Virus record (IMG/VR): IMGVR_UViG_3300025012_000029
Location: 1-64,000 of that record
Length of the DNA stretch: 64,000 bases
Direction: 5' to 3' (one strand)
Source: a virus
Lineage: Duplodnaviria > Caudoviricetes
The position numbers were made by a program, and so were the translations under genes. This document shows positions 54,218 to 63,388 of this stretch, one piece after another. Under the pieces are notes generated by a model. That model was not told the origin of the DNA and did no database searches. It was given only the letters and a program-made list of their open reading frames with translations. The first letter of the stretch is position 1, and every line of letters starts with the position of its first letter.

Positions 54218-57067
54218 CTAGTCCTCAAAAGCACTTCCAGCACTAGTAATTACAAAATCCATCGCAATAAACTCAATTGCTCTAGCAGGCTTCAAATAAA
54301 TCTTGGCATACAAAATATTTCTATCTCTCAAATCTGCTGTAGTCGTAGTCTCATCAAGTATCACTTTATACTCTTCTAATCCAAATCGTGCCTTGACTCC
54401 ATCAAGGAACGGCTCAACTCGATTCAAGAATCTATCCCAAGTCGACTGAACATTTTGATCAAACAAAATAGTTGCTGCCATCCTAGAAATTTCAACCTTC
54501 AAATGGTTCATCAATAAACGAACATTAATCCTGTCTACTGCTGATGGAACAACTTGAAGTGTCTTTTGTCCAAATACAACAATTCCTTCTGCTGGGAAAG
54601 CAGCAATTGGATTAATATTAACTTCATAAAGTTTATCTCTCTCGCGAGAAGAAAGACGTTGCTTAATTCCTGTAACTGAAATTCCAGCAGCTCCCTGAGT
54701 TAGACCGCCACGAGTGAATCCAGCCGGAGCAAACCATAATTCTGATTTATTTTCAGTATTTGAAAGAACACCAAGGGCAATGACTGAAGGTGGCACCCAA
54801 ATACCAGCACCTGTTTCAGTATCTCTAATTTGAACCCATGGATAATAAGCAGAACCATAGCTATTATTTATAGCCCTATTTTTGAGATTAGATACCGTTG
54901 TATCAACATCTCCACGATTTGCTGTTGAGGCATCGCCACTGATATTCTCTGTTGTTGGAACATACCCGCCTTCAAGATCAATGATAGCCATAGCATCTCT
55001 ACGGTTTTCAGCGACGTTGAGAATGTGATCTGTAATCCCCGTATTTGTAATTCCAGGAGCAACAATCTTATTACATTCTACAACCTCTGGATCTGCTACT
55101 GTATCGATAGCGCGTTTTACGCTATTGAACTCATAGCTGGTTGTCTGTGTTTGTCCGGACATAACTCTATTATTGAATGGTTCTTTTTCAACAACATCAA
55201 CGCCATCAAAACCTCCAACAAGAGGCATTGTAAATCTATCAAATCCAGCGTCGAGCACAGCAACATAAGAACCAGTTTCAGCCGTGAATGATGTTCCAGC
55301 TCCACGGGAACCGGATGTCCATTGCGCATCTACAGTTCCAAGACGTTTTACATCATCAAGAGTAAAAACAAATGCGTGTTCTAGGCTTGAATTGGAATCT
55401 GGATCGTCTTCGAGTCCTTCTGGTAATTTACGAAGCACATCTCCATAACTATTTTCAAATCTAATGCTATTCTTTCGTCCTGAATCAATTCCGAAATACG
55501 CTTCTCTCGGAGTTGAAACTGTTCCTTCTCTCGTTGTAGAGCGAAGGGGAAGGGTTGGAAATACGAACGAACCAGTGAATGGAACACTGCCAACATTCAT
55601 AAATACAGAGGCATTGGCTTTTGAATTTACAACATCAGCATTTCCTGCCGCAAAGACACCAGTGAAATCATTTCCAGAAGTGGTTGAACCAAATGTTTGA
55701 GCTTCGGAAGCACCAGATACAATTGTATATCCTTTAAAACGAACTGGTCCCAAGAAACCAAATGGAAGAAGTTCTTTATGTGTTGCGCCAGCATTTACAT
55801 CTGGATTTACATCAACATAAACATATCGAGATTGATTTGGATAATCTCCAAATTCTCTAAATCTTCTTTCTACATCATCCCACTGCATAAATTTATCGCC
55901 AATCTTTTTGGCAATATATCCCGGAGAGAATGGATTGAGATTACATCCTGTAAACCTCTCAACAACTTGAGGAGCATTATCATTATCTTTAGCTGTTCTA
56001 ATGACAACTGTAAACGTTCCATATGGATCTTCTTGATTCAAAGAAGATTTAATGTCTGCGATAGAAATCTTTAGATTTTTATGTTCCCACTCTCCTGAAT
56101 CGTGCGATTTGAGTCGAAAGAGTTTGGTCATATTCAGAGGATTAAAAGAAGGTCCTGCGGCATTCAAATCTTGAGAAATAACCCAACCAGTTTTGGCAGG
56201 AGACATATCCATCTCTTGATCATTTTGATTTATTGTTCCACTTTGAAGTGAAAGAATCACACCATATTGTCCGCCCGAAGAACTTCCAGATATAAGATCG
56301 GCAATTGAACGATCAAATGTTTCGCCCAAGAAATATTTCTTTCTTTGACTTGTTTGTGTAATAGATGAGTTGAGAAGTGTTGGATTTGTATTAAACACGC
56401 TTCTAATATATTTCTTTGAACTTGTATTGAAGTTAAAAGAAACTGTATCAGTTGTTGTGCCAGAAGAATTTTTAACCAATGCCTTGAGTTCTTTATCTGT
56501 TCCTTGGCTCGCAATCAAAACGGCTGTCCCTGTTACAGCTTGATTATTGCGATTACTTCCTGAAAGTTCAATTGAACCTTCAGAAAGATAAAAAATAGCA
56601 GCTAATGAACCAGTATTGGCAGACGTAGCAGATCCAGAATCAATTAAGAATAAACCAAATGCGCCACCTGTCCCAAGCGTAGCGTCATGAGATGAACCAA
56701 CTGCCCAACCAGCAGCACCAGCGGCAGTGGCATCAGGATGTTCAGCACCTAACAAACGGATAAATGTTAAAACATTGCTATTTTTCAAATGTGCTTGTGC
56801 AGCATATGCAGCATAAGTTGGAGCTAAACGATTTCCATCTCTCCATACATCTCCACCATTACCACCAGCAATAGGATTACCAAATATTTCAACAAATTCT
56901 GAAAATGAACCCACCGTTACTGGTCGAAGCGCTGGTCCTCTTTCAGTACGTCCAATGACAACAGGTCCTATACCTTTTCGGACACCTGGAAGGCGCGAAT
57001 TGTCTACTTCTGCTATTTGAATTCCTGGTGAAACGAATTTAAACTTTGTAAAGTTGCTGCCGGCCAT
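54218..57067 (-). CDS. gp18: Tail sheath protein (gp18-like)
   Basis: SPGIQIAE.D, YYPWV, WFAPAGF.RG, INPIA, VFGQKT, RINVR.L, P....EFI. 949 aa. Confidence 0.95.
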   Translation of the reverse strand: MAGSNFTKFKFVSPGIQIAEVDNSRLPGVRKGIGPVVIGRTERGPALRPVTVGSFSEFVEIFGNPIAGGNGGDVWRDGNRLAPTYAAYAAQAHLKNSNVLTFIRLLGAEHPDATAAGAAGWAVGSSHDATLGTGGAFGLFLIDSGSATSANTGSLAAIFYLSEGSIELSGSNRNNQAVTGTAVLIASQGTDKELKALVKNSSGTTTDTVSFNFNTSSKKYIRSVFNTNPTLLNSSITQTSQRKKYFLGETFDRSIADLISGSSSGGQYGVILSLQSGTINQNDQEMDMSPAKTGWVISQDLNAAGPSFNPLNMTKLFRLKSHDSGEWEHKNLKISIADIKSSLNQEDPYGTFTVVIRTAKDNDNAPQVVERFTGCNLNPFSPGYIAKKIGDKFMQWDDVERRFREFGDYPNQSRYVYVDVNPDVNAGATHKELLPFGFLGPVRFKGYTIVSGASEAQTFGSTTSGNDFTGVFAAGNADVVNSKANASVFMNVGSVPFTGSFVFPTLPLRSTTREGTVSTPREAYFGIDSGRKNSIRFENSYGDVLRKLPEGLEDDPDSNSSLEHAFVFTLDDVKRLGTVDAQWTSGSRGAGTSFTAETGSYVAVLDAGFDRFTMPLVGGFDGVDVVEKEPFNNRVMSGQTQTTSYEFNSVKRAIDTVADPEVVECNKIVAPGITNTGITDHILNVAENRRDAMAIIDLEGGYVPTTENISGDASTANRGDVDTTVSNLKNRAINNSYGSAYYPWVQIRDTETGAGIWVPPSVIALGVLSNTENKSELWFAPAGFTRGGLTQGAAGISVTGIKQRLSSRERDKLYEVNINPIAAFPAEGIVVFGQKTLQVVPSAVDRINVRLLMNHLKVEISRMAATILFDQNVQSTWDRFLNRVEPFLDGVKARFGLEEYKVILDETTTTADLRDRNILYAKIYLKPARAIEFIAMDFVITSAGSAFED

Positions 57068-57198
57068 TGTTGAATTCTCCTTCAGTAAGATAAAATAATG
57101 CTAATTATTAAAATCTTCTTATTTAAATAGTACAAAAAACAACGAACGGAACGCTTTCTATTAAAATAGACCTAATGGTATGTTATGATTAAAAAATA

Positions 57199-57362
57199 AT
57201 GAAAAAATGCTCTAAATGTAAAGTTGAAAAAATCTGAATGAATTCCACAACAGAAACGATAGAAAAAGTGGCAAATGTTCAAAATGCAAAAAATGTGCTT
57301 TGAAATATAGAAAAGAGTATTACAGTAAACCCGAAAAAAGAAAACATAAGAAAGGGCAATAG
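57199..57362 (+). pseudogene. Frameshifted remnant of a homing-endonuclease N-terminal zinc finger
   Basis: MKKCSKCKVEK, then after a shift in an A6 run, NLNEFHNRNDRKSGKCSKCKKC. No nuclease domain follows. Confidence 0.55.
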
Positions 57363-57367
57363 GATAA

Positions 57368-58195
57368 TCACGGTTTATATTTTCCATAACCTGGAAAAAT
57401 AGGATTATCTCCCAATATTACTTTTTCTCTTGGAAATTTTATTTCTACAGCATTTTCTCTTACTGTTACATATGGATATTTTTCATTATCCCCAGCAGAT
57501 ATTAAATAACCAAAAACTTTAATCGAAATAGTCGTTTCAAATTTTCGTGACTCTTCAGTCATATCATCTAAATTATTTTCTTGTTTAAATTCTTCCTGAA
57601 TAAATGCTTCGTATTTATGTCCGTCTCTTTCCAACATAACTCTATGAACAGAACCAGGCATAGTGATAAATGGCTGTAAAATAGTATTCATTTGTTGTTG
57701 ATATTCTGTTATTATTTTAACTTCATACATAATTTCGTTGTATACTGGCTGTGGAATGCTATAAATTTCGTAAACTATTTTTTCATTTTTCTTCGAAGAC
57801 GGAAAGTTTATTTTCCCCACTTTTCTGAACGCGTCAGCATTCGCAAAATTAGCTGTTTTATCCTGCTTGATTCTTTTGGCAATTGTTATAGAACCACCTT
57901 TGTAGTCGTTGATTTTGGGAATATTGGCAAAAAATTTGCCCTTACTTTCGTTATTCTTTGTAATAGATTCTCGTTTGATACTAATAATTGGATATAATAA
58001 AGTTCCTGCTAGATCACGCTCAGTTGCGTTATCTTTGGATTGCTTATATCTCTCATTTCCTGCCCAAACAACAGGAACCTTTTCCCATCCTTTATGAGTT
58101 TCACAAAAAGAATTCATTTTATCATTTATGAAATCATAAACAGAGAAATCTATAGTTTCTAATGTAGATGGCAGTATTTGTATACGTTTTTCCAT
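57368..58195 (-). CDS. Tail terminator / sheath stabiliser (gp15-like)
   Basis: KVPVVWA..ER, YPIISI, PQPVY.EI.YEV.I....Q.QMN.IL. Positional support. Confidence 0.7.
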   Translation of the reverse strand: MEKRIQILPSTLETIDFSVYDFINDKMNSFCETHKGWEKVPVVWAGNERYKQSKDNATERDLAGTLLYPIISIKRESITKNNESKGKFFANIPKINDYKGGSITIAKRIKQDKTANFANADAFRKVGKINFPSSKKNEKIVYEIYSIPQPVYNEIMYEVKIITEYQQQMNTILQPFITMPGSVHRVMLERDGHKYEAFIQEEFKQENNLDDMTEESRKFETTISIKVFGYLISAGDNEKYPYVTVRENAVEIKFPREKVILGDNPIFPGYGKYKP

Positions 58196-58198
58196 TTA

Positions 58199-58915
58199 TT
58201 ATACAAACTCCGCATTGTGCATCTGATCAAATAGATGTCCACTTACTTTTGTCAAAAACTGTTCAAAATCTGCTCTCCCGTCAAATCCTGCTTGTAATGT
58301 TTTATCTTCTATTGCCGCTGATAAATCTTTATGATTTTTTGTAAGTTTTTCCATCAATGATTTCATCTTGCTAATTTCATCTGGGTTTAAATAATATGCT
58401 TTATTTATTGTATTTTTACTTACATAACAATCATCTTCTTCTGGTGGTGTTTTTGGACTCCCAATATCGTCAAAATCTTTAGACGTTGCTGGCAATCTGT
58501 CATATACTTTTTGTGCTAATTTACTTGTTCCGCCTCTATCTCCTGTCGTAGGTTGTGGAGCAGAATATGCCATTATCATTTTATAAAGTAGAGTTCCATA
58601 TCCTTTATTTCGATACATTTTATTTACTGCTGAAAGTCCTATCTCTTTTGCTCCATAGCAATTACCTTTGTCTGAAAAAATAGGTTCACTCTTTATCATT
58701 CCAATGGCAATACCTTCATTAACAAAGTGGTATACTGTATTTTGAACAGATTTGGTTATATACTCATCTATGCTATCAACAAGCATTTTTCCATCATACA
58801 ATAGAAAATAAACATATTTTCCGTCACCTTTAGCTCTAATTTGTAAACACCAACCCTGTGACTCAGATATGTCTTCTTTCAGATACTTTCGGAAGTTTTC
58901 GAATAATAGATACAT
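58199..58915 (-). CDS. GNAT-family acetyltransferase
   Basis: Motif A AVNKMYRNKGYGTLLY. Confidence 0.65.
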   Translation of the reverse strand: MYLLFENFRKYLKEDISESQGWCLQIRAKGDGKYVYFLLYDGKMLVDSIDEYITKSVQNTVYHFVNEGIAIGMIKSEPIFSDKGNCYGAKEIGLSAVNKMYRNKGYGTLLYKMIMAYSAPQPTTGDRGGTSKLAQKVYDRLPATSKDFDDIGSPKTPPEEDDCYVSKNTINKAYYLNPDEISKMKSLMEKLTKNHKDLSAAIEDKTLQAGFDGRADFEQFLTKVSGHLFDQMHNAEFV

Positions 58916-58984
58916 TATTGTTCACTCCAAGATTCGCCTCTGATAATTCTATAAATTAGGTTAGTTATTTTATATATTCCGCTT

Positions 58985-59473
58985 TTATTGTCCATTGAAA
59001 ATATCCTTCCTAGCTTGCAAACACTTCGCTGAAATCTCTACTTTATTATTTACTTGTCCAAACATTTCTCTTGGTTCTATGAGGTTCAAAATTTCATAAT
59101 AGTTACATCCATAGGCAATGAAGTCTCCTTCTCTCACAAAAAGATTTTGGTCCTCTGTCAATCTTCTTTTATGAAAATGAACAATGAGATTTGCTAAATG
59201 GTCTACTCCATAGTTTGTAGTTGTAGATGGATTATCTTTCCACTCAATTAGAACATGAACATGAACAGGAGGAAGAAATGTTTTTTTGATCGATTCTCCA
59301 TAGAGAGAATGATAATTTGTGTGTTCTAAAGAAATTGGATAATATAAGATTTGTTGTCCTATAATTTTCTCTAATAATTCATCATTGACTTGCTTTACGA
59401 AGTCTCTTTCTTTCTGTCCCACATAGAGAGGTGAAGGAGGAGCATCTAATACATCCCATTTATTTTCAGACAT
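58985..59473 (-). CDS. Head closure / neck protein (gp14-like)
   Basis: IIGQQILYY, LYGES..K.F, EGDFI.Y...YYEI. Confidence 0.75.
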   Translation of the reverse strand: MSENKWDVLDAPPSPLYVGQKERDFVKQVNDELLEKIIGQQILYYPISLEHTNYHSLYGESIKKTFLPPVHVHVLIEWKDNPSTTTNYGVDHLANLIVHFHKRRLTEDQNLFVREGDFIAYGCNYYEILNLIEPREMFGQVNNKVEISAKCLQARKDIFNGQ

Positions 59474-59476
59474 AAG

Positions 59477-60211
59477 TTATTCTTCCTTAACATCCGAAGT
59501 GGATAATTTTTCTAAATATCTGGATATAATCTTTATTCCGTCTTTCGATAACGATACTTTATTTCCGGTAGATAGTTGTCCTAAATAATACATTTTAACC
59601 GGCTGCACTGACCATAATTCTTGTGTTTCTTTGGCATCTGGAACACATCCATAAAATTGATTTCTCCATTTAGGTGGAAGCAGTGATGGCGCGATGAAAT
59701 TATAATCGAAACTCCTAGCTAGGCTGGGTGGTTGTTCTTCTAACCAATCTCTAATATTAAAATTCCCTCCATATGGAGAAGCATTTGTTCGAGGGCATTT
59801 TTTAATGTGCGCTTTCAAAGAAATTGTTGGAATATCGTCATCTGATATCTCAACAAAATCTACTGCATAAACATACAATATGGTTTTTTGATGTGACGAC
59901 AACTGTAAAGCTTCTAGTGCTTTTTCTACAGAAGGAGCTAATGAAACTCTATTTGTAAAATCATCTTCAATAACATTTCCCTCAGCATCGGAATACGGAA
60001 TAGCAGGTGTCCTTGGAGTGAATCTAAAAGGTTTATTTCCGTTTAAACGCTCTGAAGATAAATGAAAATACTTAAAAATCTTTTTTAATGTCATAGAAGA
60101 GATAGTATTATCGCTTTTAGCGTCTTTTTTGATAACTGCTTCCATCAGTGGCTTGTCAAGATAGTTCCTAAAATTTTCAAATAATATATAAAGCATATTT
60201 CTTATATCCAA
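59477..60211 (-). CDS. Putative ADP-ribosyltransferase-fold protein
   Basis: YFHLS, FTPRTP, ED...RVSLAPS and QELW give an H...S...E pattern at ART-like spacing. Confidence 0.4.
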   Translation of the reverse strand: MDIRNMLYILFENFRNYLDKPLMEAVIKKDAKSDNTISSMTLKKIFKYFHLSSERLNGNKPFRFTPRTPAIPYSDAEGNVIEDDFTNRVSLAPSVEKALEALQLSSHQKTILYVYAVDFVEISDDDIPTISLKAHIKKCPRTNASPYGGNFNIRDWLEEQPPSLARSFDYNFIAPSLLPPKWRNQFYGCVPDAKETQELWSVQPVKMYYLGQLSTGNKVSLSKDGIKIISRYLEKLSTSDVKEE

Positions 60212-60254
60212 ATTTTATTGATTATTTTATAAATTCCACTTTTCATATCATTTC

Positions 60255-61559
60255 TTAACCAACAAATATTGAACGTGGGACATAAGTTTGAACTCTACCA
60301 GCCTGCTCAACAATGTTCGCTTCCTTTTCTGCCAACTTATCATAAGTTGTCTCTTCCAACTGAAGTTTTAATTCTTCTCTCAACGCTTCCATTTCTTCTT
60401 TTGCTTGTGCAGCAAGTTCGGCATAATTCAATGTTATATCATTTCCTGGAATTGGAATTGTTGTCATTTTTCCTCTGGCATGAGAAAGCATCTCTTTAGC
60501 AATTGCCAAAGAAAATCTCCTTATCCACTGTTTGCCCATGCTGTTAATAGAATCATATGGAATGTTTTCAAATGGAAGATTATTGAGATTATTGACTCCT
60601 CCGATGCCAGCACTACCTCCAAGAGAATTTCCCATTGAATCCACATACTCGGTTAATGGATTTGGATCAATTGAAAAATCAAACCAAATCTTTTTTGGAG
60701 ACAACCCGGACGGAACTGGGAAAAGTCTCAATTTGTTATTTTTGAGTTCATAAGTATAATGAGAAGCTCTTGTATAAAGATTCATTTCGTATGTCATTGC
60801 TTGTAGTTTATTTTGCCAAGCAGGAACAACATCAAATGTTGAATCATCGGCATATTGTCCGTATGTGTTGAGATTTCCTACGACTGTCAAACCACCATAA
60901 TATCCAAAGAATCTCCACATAGCGTGTGGCGATTTATACCAAACTTTATTTATTCTTATCCTTGCTCCATTGGCACTATTGACATAAGAAGTATAATCAA
61001 CGCTTCCTATTGCTGCCGATGATGATACAATAGCTTGTAAATCATAATCTTGTATTCCATCAATAATATCAATTGAAGCAGAAAAATAAGGAACAGTTCC
61101 TCCAATACCAGCTTCATAAGCTAATTCATCTCCAACCCTTCTAGCATATGCCACTGTAAATCGTGGAAATTTTAGAGCAGCATTTGAACCGCTCATTGCA
61201 GAACCAGAAACTATTTGTCCATCTGAGTTAAATGAGCCCGTGGGAGAACCCAAAAAGCTTGATAAAGAGCTTTTAGCTTGGTATAAATTAATAATATATG
61301 AATATTCTAATACAGCGCGCTCATAAGCAGCATAAATATTACAGTCCGTTAATTCTATATCAAGAATATCGCCAGCAAGCATCTTGAATGTGAAAGATAC
61401 TTGGTCGTAAGCTCCGGAAATGAAGTTGGAAGAATTAGCATAAATTCCAATTGGAAGGGAGTCTACGATATTATCATATGATCCGGTTCTTGGAAGTGTA
61501 ATCCTAGACGTTATTGAACGTGGAGTTAAATCTGGTGGAGTTTGACAAGTTGACATCAA
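60255..61559 (-). CDS. Neck / head-tail adaptor protein (gp13-like)
   Basis: LAGDILDIELT, QWIRRFSLA..KE.L...RGK...IPIPG..ITLN..EL. Confidence 0.8.
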   Translation of the reverse strand: MMSTCQTPPDLTPRSITSRITLPRTGSYDNIVDSLPIGIYANSSNFISGAYDQVSFTFKMLAGDILDIELTDCNIYAAYERAVLEYSYIINLYQAKSSLSSFLGSPTGSFNSDGQIVSGSAMSGSNAALKFPRFTVAYARRVGDELAYEAGIGGTVPYFSASIDIIDGIQDYDLQAIVSSSAAIGSVDYTSYVNSANGARIRINKVWYKSPHAMWRFFGYYGGLTVVGNLNTYGQYADDSTFDVVPAWQNKLQAMTYEMNLYTRASHYTYELKNNKLRLFPVPSGLSPKKIWFDFSIDPNPLTEYVDSMGNSLGGSAGIGGVNNLNNLPFENIPYDSINSMGKQWIRRFSLAIAKEMLSHARGKMTTIPIPGNDITLNYAELAAQAKEEMEALREELKLQLEETTYDKLAEKEANIVEQAGRVQTYVPRSIFVG

Positions 61560-61561
61560 TA

Positions 61562-61571
61562 ATAAATAGTT
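61562..61571 (-). promoter_or_regulatory. Candidate late promoter AACTATTTAT
   Basis: Lies just after the major capsid terminator and 5 nt before the neck-gene ATG. An identical 10-mer occurs at 19864-19873. Confidence 0.5.
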
Positions 61572-61624
61572 TAAGTTATCTTATTGTGCTTTTTCTCATT
61601 GTCTTCTACTAATACAAAGGCAAT

Positions 61625-61656
61625 AAAAAAGGGATGGTAGGCCGCCCTACCATCCC
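61625..61656 (-). terminator. Intrinsic terminator after the major capsid gene
   Basis: 11-bp stem gggatggtagg/cctaccatccc, 4-nt loop, T6 tail on the - strand. Confidence 0.9.
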
Positions 61657-61681
61657 AATTAATTGAAAATTAAATTAACGA

Positions 61682-63367
61682 TCAGCCTACAAGGTCTTGT
61701 ACAACTACAAGGCCAAAGAAATCTGGTCTCACCATTTTGCGTCCAAATCGAGTCATGACAATCTTCCTTGGCACACCATCTTCTTGTCCGAACATGGTTG
61801 GTGTAACTTGAAGTGGAACATACGGAGCGAACACATACCCACTTTCTAAGAAACTATTACCATTTCTTCCCAAAAGAATCAAATTCCTAATGAAATATGG
61901 ATCCACGTAGATATCCCATTTCTTGTTTATAGTACCAAGCTTGACTGTTCCAGCTTCACCACGATCTTCATCATGGGTTACGCTAGCACGGAATCCAGCC
62001 GTAGCCTCAAGGATGTTGGCAACTTCTGGTCCACAAACCATAAAGTTGGCACCACCACGTAGAGTCTTGCGATGAATTTGTGCCGAAATTTCATTGACTG
62101 TTTCCATCAAGCTTTCATACCACTCAGAGATATTGCCAGTAAAGTCAGCACCAAGTAAATTCTCGTTGCTGCCATTGGTAATCGGAAGACCAGTGTATCG
62201 GTCAACAAATTTACCAGGGCGTCTGCTCCAGTATCCAACTCCACCTGTAGCACCCTTAATCAAATCTTCAAGAATTTCTTGATCGATTTCAAGAGCGATG
62301 TGCTCAGAAAGAAGTGAAGTCAATTCAACTTCGGCATCCAAGTTTTGATAAGCTTGAATGTCTTGTTGAAGTTCTGGAGTCCACTTTGCCTTGAGTTTCT
62401 TTGTTTCTGCTGTAATATTAATGGAATTAACTTTAATATCAATTTCAGGAATATTTGGATTATTCTCAAATCCCCAAACCGTAGTTCCAACAATCGAACC
62501 CAAAGCTCCACCAGCAACACGGTTGTCAGTGATTGGGAATGTTGTTGTAATTGCTGGTGCCCATGCTCCACCAAGAGCAACTGTTGATTCGGAAGCAGTT
62601 GCTGCCAAAACAAACATTAGATTTCCTGGATTGGTTGGATCAACAACTGTCAAACGTCGATGAACCCGCCCCGGTGCAGGAGTTGGAACTGCTGCAACAA
62701 GATTCTTCATGTCAATTTGAGTCAACGCAGAAATTGGCGTAGTTGCGATTGCGACGTTCGATCCAGAAAGATCGGCATCGTAACGAACAAGTCTGTCACC
62801 AAGCGTTGTATAAGCTGCTGTACCAGTGTAAAGTCCTGATCCGGCAGTTCCAGATGCTACAAGTGTAAATGTTGCTGAAACAGAACCTGTTGGAGACGAA
62901 TAGCCATTTGAAAGATTATAGAAACCTTTTTCAATGCTAGCTCCAGTAAGGCTAACGCCACCAGTCAATTGATTGGCAACAACGCCACCACCATAAACTG
63001 ATTCATTGGCAACATGTCCAAGTCGGGTTCTGTCGTGTTCAAAATCGAGGAAGAAGATAAGTCCTGTTGGTAGGTTCATTGGTTGAACCGAAACAAGATC
63101 GTTAGCAATCAATCCACCGAAAACACGTCGAACTAGTGGAAATGCTACAGCGGCAAAGCCTTCGACATCTCCACCTGACATTGTGGAAGCTTCTTTAAGA
63201 AGTTCCTTTGCTTGATTTTCAAGCAATAAAGCAATATTATTTACAGTGCGATCAGACTTGAGTCCTTCCAAAAGTCCTGTTTCGCGCCATTTGGCAACCA
63301 TCGCAGCACCTTCTTTTTGAAGATCACGTTGCGCGACGCCCTCTGTTAATCTTTGTACGATACTCAT
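61682..63367 (-). CDS. gp23: Major capsid protein (T4 gp23-like)
   Basis: LVSVQPM..PTGLIF, RKLKA.WT.EL.QD-like KKLKAKWTPELQQD, EIDQEI, GYVFAPYVPL, MTRFG. Confidence 0.96.
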   Translation of the reverse strand: MSIVQRLTEGVAQRDLQKEGAAMVAKWRETGLLEGLKSDRTVNNIALLLENQAKELLKEASTMSGGDVEGFAAVAFPLVRRVFGGLIANDLVSVQPMNLPTGLIFFLDFEHDRTRLGHVANESVYGGGVVANQLTGGVSLTGASIEKGFYNLSNGYSSPTGSVSATFTLVASGTAGSGLYTGTAAYTTLGDRLVRYDADLSGSNVAIATTPISALTQIDMKNLVAAVPTPAPGRVHRRLTVVDPTNPGNLMFVLAATASESTVALGGAWAPAITTTFPITDNRVAGGALGSIVGTTVWGFENNPNIPEIDIKVNSINITAETKKLKAKWTPELQQDIQAYQNLDAEVELTSLLSEHIALEIDQEILEDLIKGATGGVGYWSRRPGKFVDRYTGLPITNGSNENLLGADFTGNISEWYESLMETVNEISAQIHRKTLRGGANFMVCGPEVANILEATAGFRASVTHDEDRGEAGTVKLGTINKKWDIYVDPYFIRNLILLGRNGNSFLESGYVFAPYVPLQVTPTMFGQEDGVPRKIVMTRFGRKMVRPDFFGLVVVQDLVG

Positions 63368-63388
63368 AAAATTATTCTCCTTGAATAG

